Below are positions 24,132 to 52,562 of a DNA stretch of 64,000 nt, piece after piece. Where the stretch lies: assembly GCF_009914755.1 (NCBI RefSeq), contig NC_060947.1. The stretch is one strand, 5' to 3'. The notes under the pieces are model-generated. The model ran no database searches. It was not told where the DNA came from and was given only the letters and a program-made list of their open reading frames with translations. Made by a program: the position numbers and the translations under genes. The first letter of the stretch is position 1. Every line of letters starts with the position of its first letter. This DNA is from the human T2T-CHM13v2.0 reference genome, Homo sapiens.

Positions 24132-24649
24132 TGATCCACTCACCTTAGGATTACAGGCATGAGCCACCGTGCGCAGCATCTCTTGACCTTTATACTTTAA
24201 CTATTCATGTGTTCATTCTTTGTGTTTGAGTTTTAAAGAAATAAGTCATACTGTGTGTATTTTTTGGCTTTTTGGGGAGGTCTAAACACTATATGTTGTG
24301 TCTTGTAGCTCTAATTTGTTCACTCTCATTGTAGTATAGTATTCCACGTTATGTATACTGCATAATTTTTTTTAAGAGACAAGGTCTTGCTCTATCACTC
24401 AGGCTGGAGTGCAATGTCGTGATTATAGCTCACTACAGCCTTGAAATCCCGGGCTCAAGCAATCCTTCTGCCTCAGCCTCCTGAGTAGCTGGCACTGCAG
24501 GTGCACACCTCCTTATCCAGCAGATATTACATAATTTATTGATCCTTTCTTCTGTTGATGGACAGTTAAGGTATTTCCAGTTTGGAGCACCTATAAATAA
24601 TGCTTCCATGACTCATGACTGTTATTTTGTTTTGTTTTTTTTTTTTTGA

Positions 24650-24841
<192 letters not shown>

Positions 24842-25721
24842 TGAACTCCTGACATCAAATGATCCACCTGCCTCAGCCTCCTAAGCTGCTGGGATTACAG
24901 GGGTGAGCCACCGCACCCGGCCCTACCATGACTGTTTCTGCACGTGTATCCTAGCGCACACATGTCAGGATTTTACTAGGAACACTCTAGATTTTAGATT
25001 ACCTAAGTATGGAGATTAAATAAACATCCAAATAAAATGCATTGTACAAATTGAAAGTCTGTGCTTCAGAGACACATGAATGGAAACAAAAATGGAAAGT
25101 TCTAGATTTCATCTTACCTAATTCAATGTGCAAACTATTATTATAGTTTAAACCAGAAAAGTGTCACTTTTATGTATACATGAGAATATACAGTTCCATC
25201 CCCTTTTGCTTCTTTTACTTAAGTTTAGATAGCCTATGTTTTAGTTTGTGGATTTCTGAAGTTCCCAGTCTTAGGAAAAGTGGAATACAAAGTAGTCATC
25301 TTCAATTTTCTTGGTCGTCCTTTCATCTTGCCAGTTTTGTGACATCCTCTTGCTTGTTATGTCAACTCAGCTGAATTTGCCTATAATTATGGTGTCTGCG
25401 TGCAGGAAGCAAGGCTGGAAGACAAGGCAGAAACAGCTCCTGCTGACCCAGATCAATTTTTTCCAAGTGAAATCTCTGCAATTAGGCCAGTAATGGTATT
25501 TTCCTGGAGAAAGAATTGAGTGAATTTAGGAAAAGAGTTTTAAAGCTCAACATGCCTGTGTCTGGGGGCAATTCAGATGCAAGATAATTGAAGAGTTTGT
25601 TTCAGCATTTACTCACCCCTTTCTGTAAGAAACTTATTTTCAGTAACACCAACCCTGTCTTTTGAGAGGAGGAGCTCCCCTCAAGAGGGAGGAATAGAAA
25701 AGTTTTAGAAAGAAACACAGA

Positions 25722-25723
<2 letters not shown>

Positions 25724-25765
<42 letters not shown>
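25724..25765. repeat. (AT)21 perfect microsatellite
   Basis: Direct read. Confidence 0.97.
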
Positions 25766-25767
<2 letters not shown>

Positions 25768-25950
25768 AAAAGCCTTTTAAACAAGTTCCAAAACTCAGAA
25801 TCCACAAAGCAAAAAAATTGGTAGTTTTGATTATATAAAATTTAAAGTGTCTATATGACCAAAAGTACCCTAACTAAAGACAAAAGATAAATACAGACCA
25901 AAAAGAAAACAAAACAACCTTTGAAATACACATGGTAGTATGTAGACTAG

Positions 25951-26207
<257 letters not shown>

Positions 26208-26289
26208 TGACCTCAAGTGATCTGCCCACCTCAACCTCCCAAAGTGCTGGGATTACAGGCCTGAGCCACCACGCCTGGCAGAGCTCTCT

Positions 26290-27260
<971 letters not shown>

Positions 27261-27831
27261 TAAAGAATAAACAAATAGAAGGTGGCCATTGGCTAGATTG
27301 TGCTGGTGGCACTGGGCAGAGCTGGGGCAGGCTGGTGGGCGCTTGTGTTGTCCCGGCCTAATGGTGCCCTGTTGGCAGCAGCTCCCCAACCCCTGCGCCC
27401 TGCAACCTCCAAGCAGGGCAGGCATGGGCACATTTGTGCATTGAAGCTCCAAAAGCTCAAAGCCCTGGTACGAGCTCCCAAATAAAACCTGAGCAGGGTA
27501 CGCTCCCCTCACATGCATGACCTTAGCGTCTGCTGCTTAGCATTGAGTTAAAAAAAAAAATCTGCATTGACATCTGGAATCTGGAGTGGTGAGCAGGGCT
27601 TTCCAGCAGGTACAGGGCCTCTTTGACAGCCAGGACAGCAGTGTCTTTCTATTGCAGGCAAGATGCAGAAGCGCAAGTTCGAACAGGAGCCGCTGGCTTC
27701 TTGGCAGAGAGGCTTAATTAGCTTCCTGCAGAAGGCGGTTTCATTTTTAACATTCGAAAAAGTTATCCAAGCAATTTTCTGTAACAAAGAATCTAATGAA
27801 ATGCAATCTTGTTTAATCCATTTCTATGTAG

Positions 27832-29008
<1,177 letters not shown>

Positions 29009-29024
29009 CTAGCTATAACGTTAA

Positions 29025-29414
<390 letters not shown>

Positions 29415-29730
29415 TGATCCTCCCACCTCGGCCACCCAAAGTGCTGGGATTACAGGTGTGAGCCACCGTGCCCAGCCTGGCACATTATTATTAACCAAAC
29501 AATGGACTGGCCAGATTTCCCCAGTTTTTCCATGAATGTGATTTTTTTGTTCCAGGATACAGTGTGAACTAGTATTTGCATTTAGAGCATGTAGCTTTTT
29601 CAAAATTTTCCACTTTCAGTCACTTTTTACACTTTTTATGAAGTATAACATGGTACAGAAAAATATAATACACATATCAGAGGCCCATCGCTTGGTTATT
29701 GGTTTTGTTTGTTTTTTGAGATGGAGTCTC

Positions 29731-29870
29731 AGCCTACTCAATGCGAAAACGATGAGGATGAAGCCCTTTATGACGATCCACTTCCACTTGATGAGTAGTA
29801 AATATATTTTCTCTTCCTTATGATTTTCTTAATAACATTTTCTTTTCTCTAGCTTACTTTATTATATATA
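29731..29870 (+). mobile_element. Tigger3/MER7-type fragment
   Basis: cagcctactcaa...gatgaggatgaag...gatccacttccactt...tagtaaatatattttctcttccttatgattttcttaataac. Confidence 0.75.
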
Positions 29871-29970
29871 ATAAGGGGCCAGGCACAGTGGCTCACGCCT
29901 GTAATCCCAGCACTGTGGGAGGCCGAGGTGGACGAATCACGAGGTCAGGAGATCGAGACCATCCTGGCTA

Positions 29971-30369
<399 letters not shown>

Positions 30370-30536
30370 TTAAGCCCATGAGTTTATAATGATACCTTAA
30401 AAAGACAAACACTCATTGGTAGACTCTGAGGGTTACTAGGGCATTATTCTGAAAAGTGCTAACTGAAGGAAAATATTCACACATGTATCTTGCCTTTGCT
30501 TTATGGACTATATTTCAGGGTAACCAAATACAGTAG

Positions 30537-30868
<332 letters not shown>

Positions 30869-31064
30869 TTAAAACAGCGTCTCTGTTTGTCACTCAGGCT
30901 AGAGTGCAGTGGTTCAATCATAGCTCACTGCAGCCTCGACCTCCTGGGCTCAAGTGATCCTCTCACCTCAGCCTCCTGAGTAGCTGGGACCACAGGCATG
31001 CACCACCTTGCCTGGCTAACTTTTTGTTCTTTTGTAGAGATGGGAGTCTCCCCATGTTGCTTAA

Positions 31065-31580
<516 letters not shown>

Positions 31581-31706
31581 TAGAGATGAGGTCTCACTAT
31601 GTTGCCCAGACTGTACTCCAACTTAAATGATTCTCCCATCTCAGCCTCCAGAGTAGCAGGGACTACAGGCAGGCACCACTGCAGCCGGCTGTACCAATTA
31701 ATCTTA

Positions 31707-32186
<480 letters not shown>

Positions 32187-32189
32187 TTA

Positions 32190-32339
<150 letters not shown>

Positions 32340-32781
32340 TTAGCTGGGCATGGTGGCAGGCGCCTGTAATCCCAGCTACTAGGGAGGCTGAGGCAAGAAT
32401 CGCTTGAACCCAGGAGGCGGAGGTTGCAGTGAGCCGAGGTCACACCATTGCACTCTAGCCTGGGTGACAAGAGCAAAACTCCATCTCAAAAACAAAAACA
32501 AAAACAAAAACAAAAAACACCAAAGATACAATCGGCTGAATATAGACTGGAAAGTTCTACAGGGCAAATGATCCAGTTTTTCCAACAAATTAATGGAATG
32601 GGGGAGGGGAGGAGGAAGCGGGACTTGTTAAGTAAAAAAGCCTTAAGAGACATCAATCAACGCCATTTTTGGACAATTTTGAAACACTCAGTAGAAACAA
32701 AATATACACTGATTATAATCATTATAAGATAACATTAAAGAATTGATTTTCTGTTGGGCGTGATCATGTTATTATGGTTCT

Positions 32782-34811
<2,030 letters not shown>

Positions 34812-35183
34812 TTAGGAAAAAACACAAAGTATTTATAGTGAAATGATGTCTGGAATTTACTTTAAAATGCCCTGATGAAATGAGGGGTAGGGGAGAATTG
34901 AAACAAGAATAGCATGCAGTAGAAACTGGGTGATGAATACATGACGTCTCTCCATTTTTGTGTATGCTTGAAATTTTTCATAATAGCTTTTAAATAGTAT
35001 GCCCCTCAGGCTGGGCTCGGTGGCTCATGCCTGTAATCCCAGCACTTTGGGAGGCCGAGGTGGGTGGATCATCTGAGGTTGGGAGTTTGAGACCAGCCTG
35101 ATCAACATGGAGAAACCCCATTTCTATTAAAAATACAAAATTAGCTGGGCGTGGTGGCACATGCCTGCAATCCCAGCTACTCA

Positions 35184-35303
<120 letters not shown>

Positions 35304-36937
35304 TCAGATTATAACTAAATATATTTGGTGCAAAGAAAATTTTCTATTTTTCTCTGCATTTCTTCCCATGCATTCCTATCCACTTTCCTATATTTCCTTT
35401 ATCTGAAAGTGAAAATGACCTATAAAAAGTGCAATAATTAGCAATCAGTTTTCTTGTTTGTTAAGATAATCTTAGGAGATAGCTCATCATAAGCAATTTC
35501 TTATGGACCCCAAAATGTGCTATTTTTGGCTCAGATGTCTAAAGTGTCAAGGTGGGAACAAATTTGTGTACTTTATTTAAAGCCTTTGAATGTCAGTTCT
35601 TAGTCAAAGGGAAGGAGAAAGGTTCTGCTCACTGTTGAGCTGTGGGGAGGCAGCTTTATTCTCCCAAAGGCCTTTCCCCCAAGATCCTTCTCCTAGCATT
35701 TCATTTTCCTCTTTTGTAAAATGGGGCTGTTTTTACTTACTAATTAAAGCCTGTGGAAGCACTTTTAAAGAAGATCCTAAGATGTACGATGCTAGAGAAG
35801 TGAAAACTATCATTAATATATTTTAATCATCACATTAAATACCCACATAGACACACCCACCTCTTCGCCATTCAAGCAGATTTTGCAAAGGGGTAATTAA
35901 CAGTAATGATGTCATCACCATCGCTGCTTTCATCCTGAAAGCTGTAAAGTTTCCAAATACTTACTAACTCCTGATTAGGCTTTTAAAACATACCAAATAA
36001 GTACAAACTCCCCATATCTGAGTGAAAGCCTGTGGAGAGAGAAATCTTTTTGCTTTGTGAATGGAGTAAATGATCATTAAAAGTGGCCATATTTTTGGTA
36101 AGCCTACCAAAAACCCAGAGGGCAGCAGTAATGAAATAAAATGCTGAGATTGAGGGTTTGGAAAACTCAATGTAACTGCCTCCAAAGACTCTCAGAGACC
36201 TGTACTTGTCTTTTAAGTCCTCACCAGGAGGTAAGGAGCTACAAGTTTCCTGTCTCCTGGCACCTGATGGGCAATTTTCCAGCCATTAAATGCCAAGCCT
36301 TCTGGAAAGTAGCTGACCAGCGCATTGACAATCCAGACTTCAGCTATAGGAATGAAGCTGTTTGAAATTTGAATACAATGAGCTCAAATCCCTTGCAGTG
36401 GGAAACCCTGTTCCCTTTTCCAGAATCTGCAGATATTCCACTAGGATAGTGGGATGGGGCACAGGAGAACCTTGCATTTCACCCAGTGACTTCTGGTTCT
36501 GATTTCCGGCTTGCTCAGAACTCTCTGTCATCCACATTTCACCTCTTGTTTTCTCTCCACTCCATGTCAACCCTGACATGAATAAAGCTCCCTTTCCTCG
36601 ATTTCCCTAACCACCACTCACCAAAGCTGATGTGAATGTCTAGCAGACATTCACTAGGATTTGGAGGCAGCAATGGAGAGCTGCCTCACAGAAGAGCACA
36701 AGGGAGAGTTTAAAATAGAAGAGTAGATCGCCGTCAGCCATCCATCCATCTCCCCCCACCCTCCATTCCCACCAGGGACCCTTCACTGGGCATCTCTTCT
36801 ACTCAGCTCTGTCTCTAGCCACATTGCGAAGCCATCTTCCTCTCCTTCATCCCAAATACCTCAAGTTTTTAAAATTTTTTTTTAATTTTTAATTTTATTA
36901 TTTTTTTGAGACAGGGTCTCCCTCTCTATTTTTTTGA

Positions 36938-37129
<192 letters not shown>

Positions 37130-37404
37130 TAATCCCAGTACTTTGGGAAGCTGAGGCAGGGGGATCACTTAAGGCCAGGAGTTTGAGACCAGCCTGGACA
37201 GCATGGTGAAACCCTGTCTCTACTAAAAATACAAAAATTAGCCAGGCATGGTGGTGGGCGCCTGTAGTCCCAGATACTCGGGAGGCTGAGGCGCAAGAAT
37301 CACTTGAACCTGGGAGGCAGAGGTTGCCGTGAGCTCAGATCATACCACTGCACTCCAGCCTGGGCAACAGAGCGAGACTCCATCTCAAAAAAACAAATAA
37401 ATAA

Positions 37405-37548
<144 letters not shown>

Positions 37549-37730
37549 TGAGCAGTCTAGCTCTCTCTCCACCTCAGCCCCAGGTCCCCTCAGCTCCGCT
37601 ACAACCACAATGGTCCAACAGTTTGCTTTTCTAACAAAGACAATTATCCCCCCGAAAGAATTCTTTTCTGTCATTCAGCAATGTTTTGGGCAGTAATTGA
37701 CAGAAAAACCTATCTAATGATGGCTTAAAT

Positions 37731-38873
<1,143 letters not shown>

Positions 38874-38879
38874 TATGAT

Positions 38880-39405
38880 AAAACATAAAGACATTTATTG
38901 TGTATTGTTAAGAGGTCTGAGGTAGGTGGCTCCGGGTTGGTTTGGGTAACAATCTCCCCAGGTGCTTTCCTACTTTCCATTCGCCCACCACTGCATGTTG
39001 GTATTTCAGCTTCATGCTTGTTGCAAGATGGCAGCCACAGCTCCAGACATTCTGTCTTTGAAGCATATATTCAAAGGAAGGAGGAAGAAGCTGTATCCAG
39101 GGAGGCTGTAACTTTCTCTTCATCGCTCTGTTTCTTACCAGGAAGAGAAATTTTTTTCCAGAAGTAATCCAGCGGACTTCTCCTTGAACATTTTTGTCCC
39201 TGATGGGTCCATATGGCTACTCTCAACTGCAAAGGAAGATAGGGAGGCAAATCTCTGGCAAAAGAAAGCAAGATGCCTATGATAGGCTGAAACCCAGCCT
39301 CCTTCATCCACTGGAGCTGGGCACAAGTTTGCCCAAACAAAATCAGGATTCTGTTAGCCATGTAGATGGGAGATTGGCTCTATGGTAAGCAACAAACAGT
39401 GCCAC
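38880..39405 (-). mobile_element. MaLR LTR (MLT1J/K-like)
   Basis: gttgcaagatggcagccacagctccagacat...aacaaaatcaggattctgttag. Confidence 0.7.
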
Positions 39406-39556
39406 CTCCAGCTCTTAAACTAATAAAGATTTCTCCTCCTATACCTTTATCCACAATAAGGAAGCAGAATGCACAATTGACCATTGGCAGAACCTCAGAC
39501 ATGAGGCTTGGGATTTCTAGTAAAAATGTTCTCGTAGAAATCCCTGGTCAACTTGA

Positions 39557-39772
<216 letters not shown>

Positions 39773-40739
39773 TAGTAGAGACAGAATTTCTTCATGTTGG
39801 TCAGGCTGGCCTTGAACTCCCGACCTCAGGTGATCCACCCGGCTCAGCCTCCCAAAGTGCTGGGATTACAGGCGTGAGCCACTGTGCCCAGCCACCTTTT
39901 TTCAAACATTAAAATGAACATTAAATCAAATGTGAAAATCCTTCATCATATAGATTCTCAAGGCCATCTCTAAGGTCATTTTATGAATATCTTATCAGAA
40001 AAGAGTTTTCTGTGGTTTCCTTGGATGTAAGATTTTTGTGGAGACAACAGAACTCCATGCTAAAGATTATCATAAAGATTAAAGAATATCATTCACTTAA
40101 GTGGATTATCAAGCAAAGCTATGACTCCACATAATTGCAGTGCAATGAGTGTCCAAAGATGATGAGCCACAAATTTGAAAACGCTTACTCAATCTTTCAG
40201 GAAACATTCATTGAGCAGTCTTGGCACATATAAATAAGAGTATTATTATAATTATTTTGAGACAATTTCGCTCTTTCACAGGCTAGAGTGAAGTGGTGCG
40301 ATCTCGGCTCACTGCAACCTCCACCCGCCCGGGTTCAAGTGATTTTCCTGCCTCAACCTCCTAAGTAGCTGGGATTATAGGCGCCCACCACCATGTTCCA
40401 CTTACTTTTGTATATTTAGTAGAGACGGGGTTTCGCCTTGTCGGCCAGGCTGGTCTCAAACTCCTGACCTCAGGTGATCCACTCGCCTTGGCCTCCCAAA
40501 GTGCTAGGATTACAGGTGTGAGCCACCGTGGCCGGCCAAGTGTTATTATTTGAAACTTATACCAAAAGGAAGTCTAGTGGCATACAACACAAAAGTAAAA
40601 TAAAATAAATTGGGCTTCTACAGTAAGACTTTTTAAAATCAACTTTTTTCTAACCAAAGTGAAGAAATTGGACAGGAAGGAAAACAGGACAGGAAAAACA
40701 GAATGAAGCCTAGGTTAGTGTATAAAATTCATGATATAA

Positions 40740-41012
<273 letters not shown>

Positions 41013-41184
41013 TGATCCACCCACCTCAGCCTCCCAAAGTGCTGGGATTACAGGCATGAGCCACAGCGCCTGGCTAACATGTATTGTTTGTGGTTGTTTT
41101 TTTATTTTTCATTGCTATGAAGTATATTTCATTTGAGTTTGATTGTCATAAATATCTTGCTGGTTAAATCCTGAGTCAAAACTA

Positions 41185-41505
<321 letters not shown>

Positions 41506-41574
41506 CTACAACCTTGGGATTTGACATTTTAAGAGAAAATTTTTGTTTGTGTTTTTTTTTTGGGGGGGATGAGC

Positions 41575-41832
41575 TTTTTTTAATTTCTTCTAAAGAAAAC
41601 GGGAAAATGTGCAGAATGTGCAGGTTTGTTACATAGGTATACGTGTGCTGTGGTGGTTTTCTGCACCTAATGACCCATCCTCTAAGTTCCCTCCCCTCAC
41701 CGCCTACCCCTCAGCAGGCCCTGGTGTGTGTTGTTCCCCTCTCTGTGTCCGTGTGTTTTCAATGTTCAGCTCCCACTGATGAGTGAGAACATGCGGTGTT
41801 TGGTTTTCTGTTTCTGTGTTTGCGGAGGATGG
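41575..41832 (-). mobile_element. L1 3'UTR fragment (L1PA8A-like)
   Basis: gtgcaggtttgttacataggtatacgtgtg...cctctaagttccctcccc...gtgagaacatgcggtgtttggttttctg. Confidence 0.8.
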
Positions 41833-41855
41833 TGGACATGTACTGTTTTTAGAGG

Positions 41856-43430
<1,575 letters not shown>

Positions 43431-44169
43431 AGAGATGACTTTCAAATTTGATGCTTAACAGCCAGCAGCCAATTAAAAGATGGAAATGCAATTAATACAC
43501 AATTCCACTGTTTCTAACGAAAATTTTGTCTCCCAGGCCCACACACATACATACATAGAGGCATTGTGATATTTAAAAAACCAAAAACGAACTTTGAAAC
43601 CCATCTCTATAATAAATAAGCAGCTAAATCGGACTACTTATTAACATCTTCAACATAGGTGGGGGGCATAATGCCAAGGCAAGTTTCCATAAATGTTATA
43701 CCACAAATGCTCACCCTGATCAGGCACAGGTACACAGCTCTTTGATGGTCCAGCTTAAGCCAAAAGTAAAATTTCAAGACAATAGAGGTTTGCAAACAGC
43801 AAGATGCAAATGAGAGATCAGGACATTCTAACATTAATAAAGGACAAGCTTGACAAGAAAAAGTAAAATAAATCAGTAACAATTTTTTAGAAATAATTGG
43901 TACAGGTTGAATTTCAATGAGACTATCTAGTAATCATAGATGATGGGGGTGGGCAGAGAACAAAGAAACAGAGGATAAAGTTTTGAAACTATATGTTTAA
44001 CATCCCCACATGAGAATTCAAAGTATGCTAAGAACAGAAGTAAATACTGGAACAAAACAGTTGTGTAAAAACCTAATAAATAGAAAGGTTAGAAAAACAA
44101 AAATTAGGCCGGGTGCGGTGGCTCATGCCTGTAATCCCAGCACTTTGGGAGGGTGAGGCGGGAGGATCA

Positions 44170-44379
<210 letters not shown>

Positions 44380-44430
44380 CTATCTCAAAAAAAAGAAAAA
44401 AAGAAAGAAAAACAAAATCTTCTGATGTCA

Positions 44431-44787
<357 letters not shown>

Positions 44788-44837
44788 TCACTCTGTTGTC
44801 CATGCTGGAGTGCAGTGGCCCAGTCTTGGCTGACTGA

Positions 44838-45950
<1,113 letters not shown>

Positions 45951-46052
45951 CAAACCACAGGTCAATAAAATTAAAAAAAAATAAAAGCAAGTAGGGCTCG
46001 GTGGCTCACGCCTGTAATCCCAACACTTTGGGAGGCCGAGGTAGGCAGATCA

Positions 46053-46313
<261 letters not shown>

Positions 46314-46506
46314 TTACATTGTTGTGCAACCATCACCACTATCCTTCTCTAGAATGCTTCCCTCATCTCACACTGAAGCTCTATACCCTTTAAACTATAA
46401 CTCCTGATTCTCTCCTCTCTCCAGGAAATTCACTTCTGAGCTTAAACTGTTTTGAGTTAGATACTTGTACCTTGCAATCAAGAGTCAACTAACATAACTT
46501 TGTAAG

Positions 46507-49837
<3,331 letters not shown>

Positions 49838-49907
49838 TCAGGAGTTCAAAACCAGCCTGGCCAAGATGGTGAAACCCCATCTCTACCAAAAATACCACGC
49901 CCGGCCC

Positions 49908-49991
49908 TTGGTGTAACTTTTATTGAAAAAAAAATCCAAGTGTAAGTGGTTACGCGAAGTTTAAACCCATATTGTTCAAGGGTCAACTGTA
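49908..49991 (+). mobile_element. Tigger-family terminal fragment
   Basis: aaatccaagtgtaagtgg...ttgttcaagggtcaactg + TA target. Confidence 0.75.
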
Positions 49992-50173
49992 TCGGGAAAT
50001 GGAGAGACCTACTTTGTTTTTTGTTTGACATCTGCTGCAATGGGAGAGAAACCTACTTTGGATGCAATGTAAAGAACGATGATTTCAGAAGAGGCCCCAG
50101 GAAGGTGTATTTGTGGGCAGTGGGCAGAGCCTGTTGGTGAGCTAACCCTTCATTTACAGGTGACAAACAGGCC

Positions 50174-50860
50174 ATGCGCACTACGCGGCCTGGTCAGGAG
50201 GACACGACACTGGGAGATCTTCCCCAGGGTGTGACCTTTGGCAGGTTAGGTCCCCACCCTGGCATCCCTTCCAGCCCGGGCATTCTGCGACTCCAGGTGC
50301 GTGAGGAACGTTTCTGGCACCAGGCACGCCCTGGGACTTTCCCCAGCCCTGGCCCCCGCCCCCACCGAGTAGGTGCGGGTGCCGCGGCGGGGAGCAGACA
50401 GAGGTCCCGGGGCCGCCCCACCCCGACTCCCGAACCTCGGTGCCCTCTGGCGGCCACGCTGGGCAGGACCGGGCTCATCGGGGGCGTGGCTCGCCCCGGA
50501 GGCTCCGCCCCTTTTCCCCAGGGTGGGGCCGGGGTGGTGGTTACCGGCAGAGGCTGCAGAGGTTTCGCAAGGACGTGACCTTTATGGGAAAAAAAAACCA
50601 CTGTGTCACGCACGGTTGCCAGCCGGGGCCAGCGAGCTGAACTAGTTTTCTGAAGCCCGCGGAGGGAGGAGCCAGAGCGGAAACGTCCAGCCCAGTGACT
50701 CGCTGCCTACTGCCCCTCCAGGACCGCGGCGGCGCGCCCTGAGCGCCGGGGCACCAGATGGGGCGCGAGCCCGCACCTAACTGTGTCCGGGCCTGCCGTT
50801 GGGGCGACGTCACTGTCACTACACTGGGAGTCAGCGGAATGAGGGCACTCTCGCCTCTCT
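50174..50860. promoter_or_regulatory. CpG island (non-repeat)
   Basis: Abrupt GC- and CpG-rich stretch with several GC boxes (CCCGCCCC), CRE-like CGACGTCA near 50805, ETS-like CGGAA and CCAAT near 50909. Confidence 0.85.
50438..50456 (-). promoter_or_regulatory. CTCF binding motif
   Basis: Minus strand reads TGGCCGCCAGAGGGCACCG, a close match to the core consensus TGGCCACCAGGGGGCGCTA. Confidence 0.7.
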
Positions 50861-51224
50861 TCCTCCTTCCTCCAATTCCAGAAATGAGGCCCGGGAGCCC
50901 AGGCTGATCCAATCCAACCCCACTGAGCTGGGGTTTGGATTGGAAGGGCGGATGTGAAACGACAGAAGTAGGATAGTTTGCGAATAAAGAACAAGGGAGT
51001 TGGGTGCTTTAGCCACAGAATAGGTTCAGCCAAGGTCATTTAGAGGTGCCCAGCAAGAGGGGAGTGGCTACCCCTCCCCCATCCTGATCTGAGGCATGCA
51101 GTGGGGACGTCGGGGGTGGCCACAGGGGCTGTGTGTGTCCTTATTAGGACCCGAGAAAAACCCAGGGACTGGGAGGCAGGAGGACAGGGTACCCACTGGG
51201 TCCCAGCTCCACCTTCATATGTCA

Positions 51225-51290
51225 CTCTGGGGAGCAGGTCACTTAACCTCTCTGGGCCTCAGTTTCCTCACTTGAAGAATGAGGGGTCTG
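51225..51290 (+). mobile_element. MIR core
   Basis: gcaggtcacttaacctctctgggcctcagtttcctca. Confidence 0.7.
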
Positions 51291-52019
51291 GACAAGATTA
51301 TGGAATATGTTTCGAGTACAATCAGGCCTAGGAACTGAAAGTCCCTGTCCTGACACCATCCAGTAAGTCAGAGAAAAAGGAAGGGTAAGAGGCCAAGGCT
51401 GTCACTCACCCGGTTCTCTTTCTATAGCTCCCTTACAAATTCTCACATGGGCTTCAATTCCCTTCAGCAAACAATTGTGCACTTCCGCCTGTGTGCCAAA
51501 CCCAGGCTTGGGCCCAGCTTTGTGGGGCCTGGGGCAAGAGTACGCACGGAGGACCACACACTGTATGTCTGAATATTTAAAAGCTACACATCAAGCTAAA
51601 AAACTGTTAAATAAAACATGTTCTATCCTCCTATCTGAGCAGATATACCTTCATAACAATCTGGAAGGTCAAATTCAAGTTTGTAATTCTTGCATTCCTC
51701 AGCATTCTGGGCTAGGGTGTGATGGCACAGAGAGTGGCCCCAGCTCAAGGCCATGGCGTAGCTTCCCTCTATTCCCAGGCCGGATCCATCCCATGCTATA
51801 GCGGATCTTTCCCACGCACGTCCTCATATCCAAGCTCTGTCCCCTTCTCTGCAACTGTCTATCCCCTAAAGGATCACCTCTCGAGTATGCACATTGGTGA
51901 GACCATCCACCTTCAGGAGACTGGACCTAGAGGAGTGGGTTCAGAACCTGTTGGGCAGTGAATTCCCAGGTCGCAGGTATCCAGAACGTGGTTCTGGGTG
52001 GGTAAGTGTCTTGGCCTCA

Positions 52020-52562
<543 letters not shown>

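Noticed and set aside
50749-50768. Second CTCF-like motif GCACCAGATGGGGCGC
   Set aside because: Extra Gs displace the conserved GGC; weak match.
50174-51039. Overlapping 110-139 aa ORFs in the CpG island
   Set aside because: Expected from stop-codon scarcity in GC-rich DNA; Pro/Gly/Arg-rich with no domain, present on both strands.
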